In this document: piece after piece, positions 29,179 through 40,450 of the stretch
Layout of the letters: each line of letters begins with the position of its first letter
How positions within the stretch are numbered: position 1 is the stretch's first letter
Assembly (NCBI GenBank): GCA_028278545.1
Contig: JANQED010000128.1
Location: 11,561 to 75,560, forward strand
Length of the DNA: 64,000 bases
Origin: Anaerolineales bacterium
GTDB lineage: Bacteria; Chloroflexota; Anaerolineae; Anaerolineales; UBA11858
Direction of reading: 5' to 3'
Notes under the pieces: generated by a model
The model's input: the letters and a program-made list of their open reading frames with translations, nothing else
Told to the model about the DNA's origin: nothing
Databases searched by the model: none
Position numbers and translations under genes: made by a program

Positions 29179-30123
29179 ATGATTCCTACGACCACCCTGC
29201 CATTTGAAATCCTGCGCTCCGTTTTTGGCGAGAACATGCAAACGGAAGTATCTTTGGCGCGCTATACAGCCGCCCGGGTAGGTGGTTCCGCGGAAGTGCT
29301 CGTTGATGTGAACTCGGTGGAAGAATTGGCTCATGCCGTGACAGAACTTTGGATGCTAGAAGTGCCCTTCTTTATTCTTGGTGGGGGATCGAATGTGCTG
29401 GTCAGTGATGCAGGTGTGCAGGGCGTGGTGGTTCTGAACCGGGCGCGTGAGATCAGTTTCGATCAGGGGAACGATTTCCCTACGGTTTGGGCGGGTTCGG
29501 GCACAAATCTGGGTAATCTGGCCCGGCGGACCGCTGCACGTGGGCTGTCGGGCCTGGAATGGGCCGCAGGGATACCTGGAACGGTCGGAGGTGCTGTTTT
29601 TGGCAACGCCGGTGCGCATGGCGGTGAGGTGGCCGGTTGCCTGGTGATGGCAGAAATCTTGCATCGAGATGGGAATACAGAGAAATGGTCTGCTGATGAG
29701 ATGGGATACGCCTATCGATCCAGCCGCTTGAAGCGTGAGCGATTGGCCGCGACGATCTTGTCGGCGCGATTTGCTTTGGAACATGGTTCTCCCGAGGAAA
29801 TTCAGCAGAAGATGGATGAATTCGTTGCATTCCGCCATCGAACGCAGCCCCCTGGGGCTAGCATGGGCTCCATGTTCAAAAATCCCCCTGGGGATTATGC
29901 CGGGCGCTTGATCGAAGAGGCTGGCCTTAAAGGCACCCAGGTTGGTGAAGCGGAGATCAGCCAACTGCATGCCAATTTCTTCATAAACCATGGTGATGCT
30001 GCGGCGGAGGATATTTTCGCCTTGATTAAATTGACTCGTGAGACCGTGGCCGAGAAATGTGGCGTGGAGCTGGAACTTGAAATTGAATTGGTTGGAGACT
30101 GGCAGGCAGATATTGGATTGTGA
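29179..30123 (+). CDS. murB: UDP-N-acetylenolpyruvoylglucosamine reductase
   Basis: LGGGSNVL, GLEWAAGIPGTVGG, NAGAHG, YRSS, GSMFKNP, HANF. Confidence 0.97.
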   Translation: MIPTTTLPFEILRSVFGENMQTEVSLARYTAARVGGSAEVLVDVNSVEELAHAVTELWMLEVPFFILGGGSNVLVSDAGVQGVVVLNRAREISFDQGNDFPTVWAGSGTNLGNLARRTAARGLSGLEWAAGIPGTVGGAVFGNAGAHGGEVAGCLVMAEILHRDGNTEKWSADEMGYAYRSSRLKRERLAATILSARFALEHGSPEEIQQKMDEFVAFRHRTQPPGASMGSMFKNPPGDYAGRLIEEAGLKGTQVGEAEISQLHANFFINHGDAAAEDIFALIKLTRETVAEKCGVELELEIELVGDWQADIGL

Positions 30124-30133
30124 TGACAGGTAA

Positions 30134-31246
30134 ATGGATCGTAAATTGAAGGTTGGCGTGATTTTTGGTGGTCGGTCTGGGGAGCATGAGGTCTCCTTGA
30201 TGTCCGCGCGTTCTGTTTTGGACGCGCTCGATGCGGATAGATACCAGATCACAGAGATCGGCATCACTCACGATGGAACCTGGCTGGTTGGGGAGGACGT
30301 GCTGGCGTGCTTCCTGTCAGGAGAGGTCGATCACCTAACCCCGGTGACGCTGCTGCCCGACCCAACCCGCAGCGGGATTTATGCTATCCGTGACAGTGAT
30401 CGCGGCGAAGCCATACAGCATCTGCAGGACTTCGATGTTCTCTTCCCTGTTTTACACGGTACTTTCGGTGAAGATGGCACCTTGCAAGGGTTGTTTGAGA
30501 TGGCTGATGTAGCCTACGTTGGCGCAGGTGTTTTGGGCGCCTCTGTAGGGATGGATAAAGGCGTTTTCAAGGCCGTAATGCAGGCCAATGCGATCCCGGT
30601 TGTGGACGGCATCATCGTGCTGCGCCGCGAGCTTGAAACCGGGATGGATGATGTGCTTGACCGTGTCGAAGCTATGGCTGACTATCCCGTTTTCATCAAG
30701 CCGGCTAATATGGGCTCTTCCGTCGGCGTAAGCAAGTCTAAGAATCGCTCGGATTTGCTCGAAGGGCTGATGGAGGCGGCGCGCTTTGACCGGCGAGTGT
30801 TGGTCGAGGCAGGAATCAACGCTCGTGAAATAGAGATCAGTGTGTTGGGCAATGATGACCCTAAGGCCTCCATTCCTGGCGAGATACGCCCGGCGGCGGA
30901 ATTCTATTCCTATGATGCCAAATATCACGATGACCGCTCGGAGGCCCTTATCCCCGCAGATATCCCTGCTGAGACTGCTGAGGAAATGCGAACGACCGCC
31001 GTGCGAGCTTATCAGGCTATAGATTGCGCGGGGATGGCACGGGTTGACTTTTTATTAGATAAGGATAGCGGTGAGTTCTATCTCAATGAACTGAACACCA
31101 TCCCTGGGTTCACCCAGATCAGCATGTATCCCAAGCTATGGGAAGCTACTGGATTGCCTTACCCAGAATTAGTTGACCGTCTGATCGAGTTAGCCTTGGA
31201 GCGACGCGCCGAGCGCGACCGCACTGAATGGCGTTATGAGCGTTAG
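30134..31246 (+). CDS. ddl: D-alanine--D-alanine ligase
   Basis: FGGRSGEHEVSL, LHGTFGEDG, GSSVG, FYSYDAKY (Tyr-type omega loop), NELNTIPGFT. Confidence 0.97.
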   Translation: MDRKLKVGVIFGGRSGEHEVSLMSARSVLDALDADRYQITEIGITHDGTWLVGEDVLACFLSGEVDHLTPVTLLPDPTRSGIYAIRDSDRGEAIQHLQDFDVLFPVLHGTFGEDGTLQGLFEMADVAYVGAGVLGASVGMDKGVFKAVMQANAIPVVDGIIVLRRELETGMDDVLDRVEAMADYPVFIKPANMGSSVGVSKSKNRSDLLEGLMEAARFDRRVLVEAGINAREIEISVLGNDDPKASIPGEIRPAAEFYSYDAKYHDDRSEALIPADIPAETAEEMRTTAVRAYQAIDCAGMARVDFLLDKDSGEFYLNELNTIPGFTQISMYPKLWEATGLPYPELVDRLIELALERRAERDRTEWRYER

Positions 31247-31249
31247 GAG

Positions 31250-32248
31250 ATGACGAAGAGGAGACAGCCCCCAAACCGTTCTGATAGGGTCCGGGACAGA
31301 CGCCGGAGCAGCAAACCCTCTGCGCCCAAGCGGCGGCGCAAGCAGAGCAATGTTGAGCGCGGGAATCCCCCGGTGATGGTGCGCGGCACAAAGTCTACCA
31401 GCGCAGCAAAGCGACCCAAAAAGCGAACCAGACGCGTCAAACGTCGCTTTGATATCGCTCTCCCAACCCCAGGCGTGGAGGTGCGTTTGCCAGCTATCCC
31501 CTCGATCCGGCTGGGTTGGCGGTTGCTTTCCTTTTTACTGGTATTGTTGCTATCGGCAGTTTTGTACTATATGTACAATTCGCCAACCTACCGGATAACC
31601 GATGTGCAGATCGATGGGCTGGTTCGTCTTTCGGCTGATACGATCAACCGTTCGTTGCTGATTTACAACAAGCCAATCTTCATGATCGAACCGGAAGTGT
31701 TGGCAGATCAAATTATCAGCACCTATCCTGGTGTTGTATCAGCCTCAGTGTGGACGGGTTTCCCCGCCAGAGTCGAGGTGATGGTTGAGGAAAGAGAGCC
31801 TGTAGTGGCCTGGGAACTGGGTACGGAGACCCAATGGGTAGATGCCCAAGGGATGTCCTTCCCCAAGCGCGGGGAGGCGGAAAACCTGGTTTGGGTTGTC
31901 GCATCCTCCCCCCCCCCCGCCCCGATCGTCCTGGAGGATGAGTCCACAACGGAAGGAGATGAATCTCTGAAGGCGTTCATGTCATCTGAGATGGTCGAGT
32001 CGATCTTAGCTTTGAGCGGGAATGCCCCAGAGGGCGTCCCGATTGTATTCGATGATCGGCACGGTTTTGGATGGCGTGACCCAGGTGGCTGGGATGTGTA
32101 TTTCGGTACGTCTGCGGCGGATGCCGACATGACGATGAAACTATCTGTCTATGATGCCGTAGTTCGACGTCTGAGCACGGATGGGATACGTCCAGCCATC
32201 ATTAGTGTGGAGTATTTGCATGCCCCATATTACCGTATGGAGCGTTGA
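31250..32248 (+). CDS. ftsQ: Cell division protein FtsQ/DivIB
   Basis: Basic N-terminal tail, one TM, POTRA-like region, FPARVEVMVEEREPV; upstream of ftsA. Confidence 0.8.
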   Translation: MTKRRQPPNRSDRVRDRRRSSKPSAPKRRRKQSNVERGNPPVMVRGTKSTSAAKRPKKRTRRVKRRFDIALPTPGVEVRLPAIPSIRLGWRLLSFLLVLLLSAVLYYMYNSPTYRITDVQIDGLVRLSADTINRSLLIYNKPIFMIEPEVLADQIISTYPGVVSASVWTGFPARVEVMVEEREPVVAWELGTETQWVDAQGMSFPKRGEAENLVWVVASSPPPAPIVLEDESTTEGDESLKAFMSSEMVESILALSGNAPEGVPIVFDDRHGFGWRDPGGWDVYFGTSAADADMTMKLSVYDAVVRRLSTDGIRPAIISVEYLHAPYYRMER

Positions 32249-33495
32249 TGATTATGGATGAGCCTGTAATTGTTGGTATTGATGTTGGCACGACCAAAGT
32301 ATGCACTTTGGTTGCTCGTCTGGAGAGCGACCAACAGTTGCGTATTTTGGGTGTGGGTATAGAGCCTGCCAAAGGAATGCGAAAAGGCACAGTGGTCGAT
32401 ATGACGGCGGCTGGGCAGGCTATCGCCCGCTCGATTGAGAAAGCTGAACGCACATCGGGCTTAGAGATCGAATCTGCTTTGGTGAGTATGGCGGGTGCAC
32501 ACGTCTCTTCGGAGAACAGCCGAGGGGTGGCGGGCGTTTCAAGCCGGACGATTGATGACGAGGATGTCATCCGGGTGGTGGAGGCCGCCAGAGCGGTGAC
32601 CATCCCTCACAACCGCGAGATGATCCATGTCATCCAGCGGGGCTTCGTTGTCGATGGACAGGGCGGCATTCGCAATCCGGTTGGCATGCATGGTTACCGC
32701 CTGGAAGTAGAAACCCACGTGATCACTGCATCGGCGGCCACTGTGGAGAATCTGCGGCAGGCGGTTGCGGCTGCGGGTGTGCGCGCCAGCCAGTTTGTGC
32801 TCAACCCCCTTGCTTCCGCCGAAGTTGTGCTCTCTGAGACGGAGCGGGAGATGGGTGTGGTGGTTTGCGATATCGGCGGCGGTACCACGGATATGGCCGT
32901 TTATATCGAAGGCGATGTGTGGCACACGATGGTGTTGGGCATCGGCGGCAACCATATCACTTCGGATATCGCCCACGGGCTGCACCTGCCGGTGAACCAC
33001 GCAGAAGAAATCAAATTGCAGCACGGCTATGCCCTCGAAAAGCATGTTGATGCCGAGGAGGCTTTCTATATAAACCCCTTTGGAGAAGAGAACCCGGTGT
33101 CCATCAACCGCAAGGAGCTGTCTCATATCATCGAAGCCCGCGTCGAGGAGATCTTTAGCCTGGTGATGCAGGAGATCAAACGCTCTGGTTATGACAGCTT
33201 GTTGCCTGCCGGGATGGTTTTGACCGGAGGGGTCAGCGCTTTGCCGGGTATTCGCCAGTTAGCCAAACAGGTGCTGGGTATGCCGGTGCGGGTTGCCCAG
33301 CCGGAAGGCTTGATCGGCATGGTGGATCAATTAGATTCTCCCGCATATGCAACCAGCGTAGGTTTGCTGCGGTGGGCCATATTGATGAGCGATTTTGTCA
33401 AAACCTTCGACCTGCGTCGTGCACGCCCGCCTCGGGTAAGCAGCGAAGTCGATTGGAAGAAGATGAGAGGTTGGCTGCGGCGATTGTTGCCGTAG
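32245..33495 (+). CDS. ftsA: Cell division protein FtsA
   Basis: IDVGTTKV, DIGGGTTD, GGNHITSDIA, AEEIK, VLTGG; C-terminal amphipathic helix. Exact start uncertain (32245-32254). Confidence 0.97.
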   Translation: MMIMDEPVIVGIDVGTTKVCTLVARLESDQQLRILGVGIEPAKGMRKGTVVDMTAAGQAIARSIEKAERTSGLEIESALVSMAGAHVSSENSRGVAGVSSRTIDDEDVIRVVEAARAVTIPHNREMIHVIQRGFVVDGQGGIRNPVGMHGYRLEVETHVITASAATVENLRQAVAAAGVRASQFVLNPLASAEVVLSETEREMGVVVCDIGGGTTDMAVYIEGDVWHTMVLGIGGNHITSDIAHGLHLPVNHAEEIKLQHGYALEKHVDAEEAFYINPFGEENPVSINRKELSHIIEARVEEIFSLVMQEIKRSGYDSLLPAGMVLTGGVSALPGIRQLAKQVLGMPVRVAQPEGLIGMVDQLDSPAYATSVGLLRWAILMSDFVKTFDLRRARPPRVSSEVDWKKMRGWLRRLLP

Positions 33496-33639
33496 ATAGT
33501 TTAAGGAAATTAATGTGTCTGGTTTTAAGACGTTTGGTAAAATGGGTGAATCCTTGTGTAAATTTCTTTTGACGCCGGAAAACGAGCATGTTTGTGCGCA
33601 AAGGAGATTTTCTAAGGATGAATCGAGGAGGATTCAATA

Positions 33640-34743
33640 ATGCATACAATGAATCAACCAGAGTCATTTGCTCGCATTAAAGTGGTTGGTGTAGGCGGTG
33701 GAGGCTGCAATGCCGTCGATCGAATGATCGAAGAGGGCTTGCAAGGCGTTGAATTCATCGCGGTCAATACGGATGCCCAGGCGTTGGCACTCTCGCACGC
33801 CACAACCCGCGTTCGTATTGGTGATAAACTGACGCGCGGCCTGGGTTCAGGCGGCGATCCCGAAATTGGGCGCAAAGCCGCGGAGGAGTCGGCTGAAGAA
33901 CTCTACAATGTGCTCAAAGGCTCGGATATGGTCTTTGTCACCGCGGGGATTGGCGGAGGTACGGGGACGGGTGCCTCTCCGGTCATTTCTCAGATTGCCC
34001 GTGAGATCGGCGCGCTGACGATTGGCGTGGTCACGCGTCCTTTCACCTTCGAGGGTGCTCGCCGCATCAAGTCAGCGGAAGTGGGCATCACTGGGCTCAA
34101 GGAGCACGCCGACACCTTGATCGTCATTCCTAATGACCGCCTGCTGCAAATCGTCGATAAGCGTTCATCTTTGCAGGAAGCCTTCAAGGTCGCTGATGAC
34201 GTTCTGCGTCAGGGCATCCAGGGTATCTCAGAGTTGATCACCATTCCTGGTTTGATCAACCTTGACTTTGCGGATGTGCGGACGATCATGTCAGAAGGTG
34301 GGGCTGCTTTGATGGCTGTCGGTATGGCAGCGGGTGATGACCGCGCTCGCGATGCTGCTGAGCAGGCTATCTCCAGCCAACTGCTCGATATAACCATCGA
34401 TGGCGCTCGCGGGATTCTGTTCAACGTGACTGGCGGGCAAGGGTTGACGCTCTTCGAAGTCAACCAGGCGGCTGCCATTATCAAAGAGACCGCTCATCCT
34501 GATGTCAACCTGATTTTCGGCGCCGTGATCGACCCCGACATGGGAGAGAATTTGCGCATAACCGTTATTGCCACGGGTTTTGAAAGGTCTGGTATGCCGC
34601 GCAATATCATGGAGCGCGCTCTTCGGCCACCTGAGGTCACTCCAGCGAAAAGTGAGGAAGGCGAGTTCAAGCCGCGTACCTTGAATACAGAAGACCTGGA
34701 TATCCCCACATTTTTGAGGAACCGAGTCCGGTCCGATAGTTAG
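33640..34743 (+). CDS. ftsZ: Cell division protein FtsZ
   Basis: [32 protein letters not shown]-terminal LDIPTFLR. Confidence 0.99.
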   Translation: MHTMNQPESFARIKVVGVGGGGCNAVDRMIEEGLQGVEFIAVNTDAQALALSHATTRVRIGDKLTRGLGSGGDPEIGRKAAEESAEELYNVLKGSDMVFVTAGIGGGTGTGASPVISQIAREIGALTIGVVTRPFTFEGARRIKSAEVGITGLKEHADTLIVIPNDRLLQIVDKRSSLQEAFKVADDVLRQGIQGISELITIPGLINLDFADVRTIMSEGGAALMAVGMAAGDDRARDAAEQAISSQLLDITIDGARGILFNVTGGQGLTLFEVNQAAAIIKETAHPDVNLIFGAVIDPDMGENLRITVIATGFERSGMPRNIMERALRPPEVTPAKSEEGEFKPRTLNTEDLDIPTFLRNRVRSDS

Positions 34744-34807
34744 TTTTCCAGTTAAAAAAGTAGAGATAGCCGGCCCTCCTCCTGGTCATCTCTAGTTATC
34801 TGTATAG

Positions 34808-34850
34808 CCAGGCTCCCCGCTAATGCTTTCGGGCGGGGAGCTTGGGTTTT
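34808..34850 (+). terminator. Intrinsic terminator after ftsZ
   Basis: CCAGGCTCCCCGC...GCGGGGAGCTTGG followed by GTTTT. Confidence 0.65.
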
Positions 34851-34958
34851 GCCCCCGGTCTCCCCTCGGGCATTGATTGTCCTGAATGCCCGAATCACGC
34901 CACAGTGCTTCCTTTTCTTAAAGATTTAAATATTTTAAGGTATTCGCACTAAGGTCGC

Positions 34959-34987
34959 TTGCATATATAGATCAAGCGTGCTAAAAT
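34959..34987 (+). promoter_or_regulatory. Promoter of nrdR-nrdJ
   Basis: TTGCAT-N17-TAAAAT with extended -10 TG. Confidence 0.7.
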
Positions 34988-35001
34988 GGTCACTCCCAAA
35001 A

Positions 35002-35048
35002 CCGCTACATGTGAGGATTTCGGGTGGTGGTACCCCCAAATATGGGGG
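35002..35048. promoter_or_regulatory. Tandem NrdR boxes
   Basis: CCGCTACATGTGAGGA (35002) and CCCCCAAATATGGGGG (35033), 31 bp apart, resembling acaCwAtATaTwGtgt. Confidence 0.7.
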
Positions 35049-35066
35049 TTCCCTAAGGATGATTTT

Positions 35067-35519
35067 ATGCTGTGTCCTTATTGCCAGAATGCGCGTTCAC
35101 GAGTAATCGATACCACAAAAGATAAGCGTGGGGGTGTACGCCGTCGTCGAGAGTGTCTTAAATGCGGGCAGCGTTTCAGCTCTTATGAGCGTCCGATTCT
35201 GGCAACACCCTTACTCATTAAAGAAGATGGTACCCGGGAAGAGTTCGACCGGGAGAAGCTCTTGCGGGGCATTCAAATCTCGTGTGCGAAACGGCCCGTC
35301 TCCGCGGCTGATATCCAGCGGTTATCGGGGGAGATAGAAGCGTCTTTGCAGGCTTTGGGGAAAGCAGAGGTATCTTCACGGGTGGTGGGGGATATGGTTA
35401 TCGCTGGTTTGAAAGAATTAGATCATATAGCATATATCCGTTACGCGATTGTTTATTTGGGGTTAGATGATCTAGCCTCTATTCGCAAAGAAATCGATCG
35501 TTTGCTCGAGGCGAGCTAA
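35067..35519 (+). CDS. nrdR: Transcriptional repressor NrdR
   Basis: MLCPYC, RRRRECLKCGQRFSSYE, ATP cone, AYIRYA. Start reset to 35067. Confidence 0.97.
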   Translation: MLCPYCQNARSRVIDTTKDKRGGVRRRRECLKCGQRFSSYERPILATPLLIKEDGTREEFDREKLLRGIQISCAKRPVSAADIQRLSGEIEASLQALGKAEVSSRVVGDMVIAGLKELDHIAYIRYAIVYLGLDDLASIRKEIDRLLEAS

Positions 35520-35585
35520 TCGAATGGGGTTTCATCAGTGGGGTATCGTTTCGCCATGTTTTTATTATCGTCGCAGGAGTGATTA

Positions 35586-38159
35586 ATGGTTTTAAAAGAT
35601 GTGAACACAGAACAAATACCTTCGTTGCCAGAAGACGCACGCCAGGTGGATCTGTCGGAAAACGCATATCAGGTGTTTAGGCGGCGTTACATGCGTCGAG
35701 ACAAGCATGGGCAACCGGCTGAGACGATCGAAGGTACTTTCTGGCGAGTGGCTTGTCATATCGCAGCTGCTGAAGGAGGATGGGGTGAAGATACCTCTGA
35801 GGTGGCGCGCCGGTTTTATGATCTGCTTGTCGAAAAACGATTTCTGCCAAACTCCCCCACCTTCACTGGCGCGGGGACGCCTCTAGGACAATTGGCTGCC
35901 TGTTTTGTGCTGCCCCTCAGCGATGATATGGGGCGCTGGCATGATGGTATTTTCCAAACCCTGCGCAATGCAGCTTTGATTCAGCAAACGGGTGGCGGGA
36001 ATGGTTTTTCATTCTCGCGCCTGCGACCAGCGGGATCCTTCATCAAGACCTCTGCCGGAAAAGCGACCGGCCCGGTGGGGTTCTTGAGTGTTTACGATAA
36101 AGCATTCGGGGAGATCGCCCAGGGCGGTACGCGCCGAGGGGCGAATATGGCCGTCTTGCGGGTAGATCATCCCGATATTGAAGATTTCATCACCTGTAAG
36201 ACCGATGAAAACGCCATCACAAACTTTAACATCTCTGTGGGGATCACAGATGCCTTTATGCAAGCCGTCGAAGATGACGATTTGTGGGAATTGCGCTTCC
36301 CAGACATCGATCATCCGGATTATCGCAAGTATAGCGGGACGATTGAGCAAGCTGAAGCGGATGGTATACCGATCAAAATCTATAGACGCGTGCGAGCTAG
36401 GGATTTGTTCGATAAGATCGTCGCGCAGGCCCATCATAATGGCGAGCCGGGAGTGCTCTTTTTAGATGCTGCCAACCGCGCTAATCCTGTTCCGCAATTG
36501 TATGCTTTAGAGGCCACAAATCCGTGCGGCGAGCAATTTCTAGGCCCTTATGAGAATTGCTGCCTGGGCTCGGTCAATCTGGCTCAGCACATGGGACCTG
36601 ATAATTCTGTCGATTGGTTGAAGCTGCGGACTTCAGTTGAGTTGGCGACGCGTTTCCTGGATGGTGTTGTCGATGCCAACGCTTATGTCCCTGATGTACC
36701 GGAGTTGAGAGAAGCTGCTCTCAATGCCCGGAGGATTGGATTGGGCATCATGGGCTTGGCAGATTTGATGTACCACATTGGCATCCGGTATGGTTCTTCT
36801 GAAGGGCAGGAGTTCGCAGCCCAGGTAATGGAGTTTGTGCGCTATTACGCGATGCGTACCAGTATCGATCTGGCGAAAACAAGCGGCGCGTTCCCGGCAA
36901 TCTCAGGGAGCATTTACGACCCGACCGATATGACCTGGGAGCCGCCTTCATCGATCGTGCCATACCGGATGGATTGGGGCCGTCCACAGTTGGATTGGGA
37001 TGAGATCGTTAAAGGAATTCAGCAATATGGCATTCGCAATGCGGCTCAGACTACCATTGCGCCTACGGGCACCATTGCCACAGTAGCTGGCTGTGAAGGT
37101 TACGGCTGCGAGCCGGTCTTTGCGTTGGCTTATATCCGTCATGTGGATGATGGTGGCGAGGATCTGGCACTTACTTACTCCAGCCCGTTGTTTGATGAGG
37201 CCTTGGTCGATGCTGGCTTGGATGAAGATGAGCGTCAGCAGATTATCGAGCAAGTATTGGAGAGCGGCACGTGCCAGAATGTGGAGATGGTGCCGGAACA
37301 CTTGCGTGACACCTTTGTGGTATCACAGGATATTTCGGCGGTAGAGCATGTTCAAATGCAGGCCGCCTTGCAGGCCTTCGTGGACAACAGTCTCTCTAAG
37401 ACGATCAATTTTCCTGAAGATGCTATGGAGGAAGATGTCGCCACGGCCTATAAATTGGCCTGGGAGTTAGGCTGTAAGGGGACAACAGTTTACGTCACCG
37501 GCTCACGCCATAAGGTCGTCTTGGAAACGCAAACTACGGCTATGGGGAAAGGAGATGGTGACAGAGCGATTGTCCCCCAGGCGGCTCATTTGACTCTTTG
37601 GCATGATACCAAGAAGCCACGCCCGCGCCGTTTGAAAGGGTACACCTATAATGTCAACACGCCATTAGGCAAAGCCTTTGTGACCGTCAACGAGAATGGG
37701 GACGATCAGCCTTTTGAGGTGTTTATCACATCTGCCAAGGCCGGCTCGGACACTGCTGCGGTCTCAGAAGCGATTGGCCGTTTGCTCTCTTACACATTGA
37801 GATTGGCATCCCCCATTGCTCCGCGCGAGCGGCTGTACGAGATTGTGCTACAGCTCTCGGGGATTGGCGGCGGACGCCCCTTGGGGTTTGGCCCCAACCG
37901 GGTGCGCTCCTTACCCGATGGCGTCTCTCAGGCTTTGCGCGAGTACCTGGATCACTCCCTCGATGAGTACGCCTGGCGTGAAGTCGACCGCGACAACGGG
38001 CAGCCTGATGAACCTTTTGGATTGCCCCACGATGGCTTAGATGACTCTCTCCAAGGGTCTTTTGAAATCGGAGATTTATGCCCGGATTGTGGGCAGGCAG
38101 CCTTGGTCAACGAGGAAGGCTGTAGGAAATGTTACGCCTGTGGGTACAGTGAATGCTGA
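35586..38159 (+). CDS. nrdJ: Adenosylcobalamin-dependent (class II) ribonucleotide reductase with C-terminal TSCPD-like/Zn-ribbon region
   Basis: FLPNSPT, LAACFV, RRGANM, TNPCGEQ, IAPTGT, SKTIN; C-terminal CPDC...CYACGYSEC; no beta subunit nearby. Confidence 0.93.
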   Translation: MVLKDVNTEQIPSLPEDARQVDLSENAYQVFRRRYMRRDKHGQPAETIEGTFWRVACHIAAAEGGWGEDTSEVARRFYDLLVEKRFLPNSPTFTGAGTPLGQLAACFVLPLSDDMGRWHDGIFQTLRNAALIQQTGGGNGFSFSRLRPAGSFIKTSAGKATGPVGFLSVYDKAFGEIAQGGTRRGANMAVLRVDHPDIEDFITCKTDENAITNFNISVGITDAFMQAVEDDDLWELRFPDIDHPDYRKYSGTIEQAEADGIPIKIYRRVRARDLFDKIVAQAHHNGEPGVLFLDAANRANPVPQLYALEATNPCGEQFLGPYENCCLGSVNLAQHMGPDNSVDWLKLRTSVELATRFLDGVVDANAYVPDVPELREAALNARRIGLGIMGLADLMYHIGIRYGSSEGQEFAAQVMEFVRYYAMRTSIDLAKTSGAFPAISGSIYDPTDMTWEPPSSIVPYRMDWGRPQLDWDEIVKGIQQYGIRNAAQTTIAPTGTIATVAGCEGYGCEPVFALAYIRHVDDGGEDLALTYSSPLFDEALVDAGLDEDERQQIIEQVLESGTCQNVEMVPEHLRDTFVVSQDISAVEHVQMQAALQAFVDNSLSKTINFPEDAMEEDVATAYKLAWELGCKGTTVYVTGSRHKVVLETQTTAMGKGDGDRAIVPQAAHLTLWHDTKKPRPRRLKGYTYNVNTPLGKAFVTVNENGDDQPFEVFITSAKAGSDTAAVSEAIGRLLSYTLRLASPIAPRERLYEIVLQLSGIGGGRPLGFGPNRVRSLPDGVSQALREYLDHSLDEYAWREVDRDNGQPDEPFGLPHDGLDDSLQGSFEIGDLCPDCGQAALVNEEGCRKCYACGYSEC

Positions 38160-38430
38160 AGAACCTTTAGGCATCCGGTTTGCTTTCTTAAGGCAGATAC
38201 ACCACATTCTCTGATATTTGGCTCGACGTCTGTCTCTGGTGTGGCACCTTTGACTTGTATTACCGCGCCCGGTGAGTCTACTCTTCAAACTTGTTAGGTC
38301 ATGATTTAAATAATTTGGTATCATTTAACAATTATGCGAATACTCACATCATGTTTTATCGTTGGAAAGGGGGATTTCCCGAAAAGAAATATGATACTTT
38401 AGAAAATTCATCTGCTCACAACAAAGAATA

Positions 38431-40245
38431 ATGAACAGGCTCGCGCTACTCCATTTAACCCCCTACATCGTTTCAATGCTGATTTCGTTAGGCGTGTACG
38501 CCTATACCTGGCGCCGCCGGGAGGTAGCTGGTGCAGCAGCCTTTTCGTGGTTTGTATTGTCGGAAATATTGTACACGCTGGTCTATGCTTTGGAGTTGGT
38601 CAGCAATAGCCTGGACGGAAAGCTTTTTTGGGGGAATTTGCGCTTTGTCACTACGGTTCTTGGCCCCTTAGTTCTATTGAATTTTGCGATCACTTTTACG
38701 CGTCGAAAACTAGGCCATCCTCGAAGGGTTTGGACACCGCTACTGATTGTGTCATTGTCCTTTATTCTAATCCTTTATACAGATAAGTATCACCACCTGG
38801 TTTATCCCGTGGGATCGATTGCGCTCGGAGAACCCTTTTCTCCATTGGTTTATGAATACACGCCAGTTGCCTGGCTCTTCATTCTCTATGGCTATACTGT
38901 GGGGTTTTTGGGTATTTTGCTTTTGATTTCCAGGTTGATCAGTGCTCGAAAGCTCTTTCGCCCCCAGATGATAGCTGTCGTTCTGGGCATCTTGATGCCG
39001 CTTGCCGGTGTTCCGATTGCCCTGACTGGTGTGCAAATATTCGGTCTGTTGGACCCGACGTATGTTGCTTCGTCAATTGGGAGTATCATCATCGCAATGG
39101 GATTGTTCCGGTATCGATTGTTTGATATCGTGCCCGTTGCCCGGGATATGCTCGTCGAGAGTATGCAGGATGCTGTATTTGTGCTCGATACTCGAAATCG
39201 CCTCATCGATGCTAACCCTGCGGCATTGGCATACCTGAACAACGCCGAGATGGAAGTGTTAGGTCGATCAGCCGAAGAGGTGATCCCTGATTGGGATAGT
39301 TTGGTGCACAAGTATCGCGATGTTCAAAATGGCACCTTTGAGACTTTTGTGGGTGAAGGGGTTGAACGCGCTGTTTTATCGTTTAAAATCACCGAACTCT
39401 TGAATGATAAGGGAAGCTCCGCCGGCCATTTGGTCGTCGTTCAGGATGTCACAGAGCAGAAACGCGCTGAGCAAGAAATCAGGAGCAGCAATCGGAAATT
39501 AGAGGCCCTCAATGTTGAGCTAGAAAAAGCTAACGAACATCTGCGGAAGCTCGGCCAGGTGAGAGACGAGTTTTTCGGCAATGTCTCCCATGAACTGCGT
39601 ACACCTATTACCAATATCAAACTACACCATGACTTAATCGAACTGCAACCAGAGCGCTCAGAAGAGTTTTTAGAGACTTTGTCCCGCGAGACGGATCGCT
39701 TGTCTAATCTCATAGAGAGATTATTGATGCTATCTCGTTTCGATCAGGGGATAACGAAATTCGAGCCGAGCGCCTTTGACCTTGAAACCCTGGCCCAAGA
39801 ATACCTGGCGGATCGTCTGGCACTGGCGGAGTCCAGGGGGTTAACACTGAGTGTTTCAGATGTGTCGGATGGTGCCGTTGTGTGTGCAGACCGTGATCTT
39901 GTTGGTCAAGTTTTGAGCATACTTTTGACAAACGCGCTGAATTACACGCCAGAGGGCGGCAATGTGCTGATTAACATCCTTGAGCGTGAAGATGGCCCTC
40001 GCAAATGGGTCGGATTCAGTGTCAAAGACTCAGGTATTGGCATTTCTCCAGAAGATCAGAAACGACTCTTTTCGCGCTTCTTCAGAGGCAATGTGGGCCG
40101 TAAATCGGGGATTTCGGGAACGGGGTTGGGGTTGTCAATAGCCAAAGAGATCATCGATCGGCATGGTGGAACGATAAAGGTCGAGAGTGAGGGCATCCCG
40201 GGGGAAGGTTCAACCTTTAGTGTTTGGTTACCCTTAGAAAGTTGA
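38431..40245 (+). CDS. Sensor histidine kinase (N-terminal 7TM, PAS, HisKA, HATPase)
   Basis: Seven hydrophobic segments, LFDIVPVARD, PAS (NPAA), H-box VSHELRTP, NALNYT, DSGIGI, GTGLGL. Confidence 0.93.
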   Translation: MNRLALLHLTPYIVSMLISLGVYAYTWRRREVAGAAAFSWFVLSEILYTLVYALELVSNSLDGKLFWGNLRFVTTVLGPLVLLNFAITFTRRKLGHPRRVWTPLLIVSLSFILILYTDKYHHLVYPVGSIALGEPFSPLVYEYTPVAWLFILYGYTVGFLGILLLISRLISARKLFRPQMIAVVLGILMPLAGVPIALTGVQIFGLLDPTYVASSIGSIIIAMGLFRYRLFDIVPVARDMLVESMQDAVFVLDTRNRLIDANPAALAYLNNAEMEVLGRSAEEVIPDWDSLVHKYRDVQNGTFETFVGEGVERAVLSFKITELLNDKGSSAGHLVVVQDVTEQKRAEQEIRSSNRKLEALNVELEKANEHLRKLGQVRDEFFGNVSHELRTPITNIKLHHDLIELQPERSEEFLETLSRETDRLSNLIERLLMLSRFDQGITKFEPSAFDLETLAQEYLADRLALAESRGLTLSVSDVSDGAVVCADRDLVGQVLSILLTNALNYTPEGGNVLINILEREDGPRKWVGFSVKDSGIGISPEDQKRLFSRFFRGNVGRKSGISGTGLGLSIAKEIIDRHGGTIKVESEGIPGEGSTFSVWLPLES

Positions 40246-40450
40246 TTCGCAATCGTACAGGTTATATGTTGGGGTGGGGCCAGCGGATTGGGATCGGCAG
40301 CCAAGCCTAAATCCACGTGTGAGCATCCCGTCAGGGATTACGATAACTTGACATTCACTTCCTTGCGCCAAATATTGGGCGCTGGCCTTTTGGGTGGGAG
40401 GGGTATAATCCCAGGTTGATAACGATCCCTGAAAAATTCGGGAGGGTAGA

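Noticed and set aside
29356-30267. 303-aa minus-strand ORF
   Set aside because: Antisense shadow of murB/ddl with no motifs.
31908-31918. C11 homopolymer as a phase-variation switch
   Set aside because: In frame within a Pro-rich linker of ftsQ, a presumably essential gene.
34745-34960. Cobalamin riboswitch upstream of nrdR-nrdJ
   Set aside because: Hairpins lie upstream of the predicted promoter and no B12-box was recognised; better explained as the ftsZ terminator.
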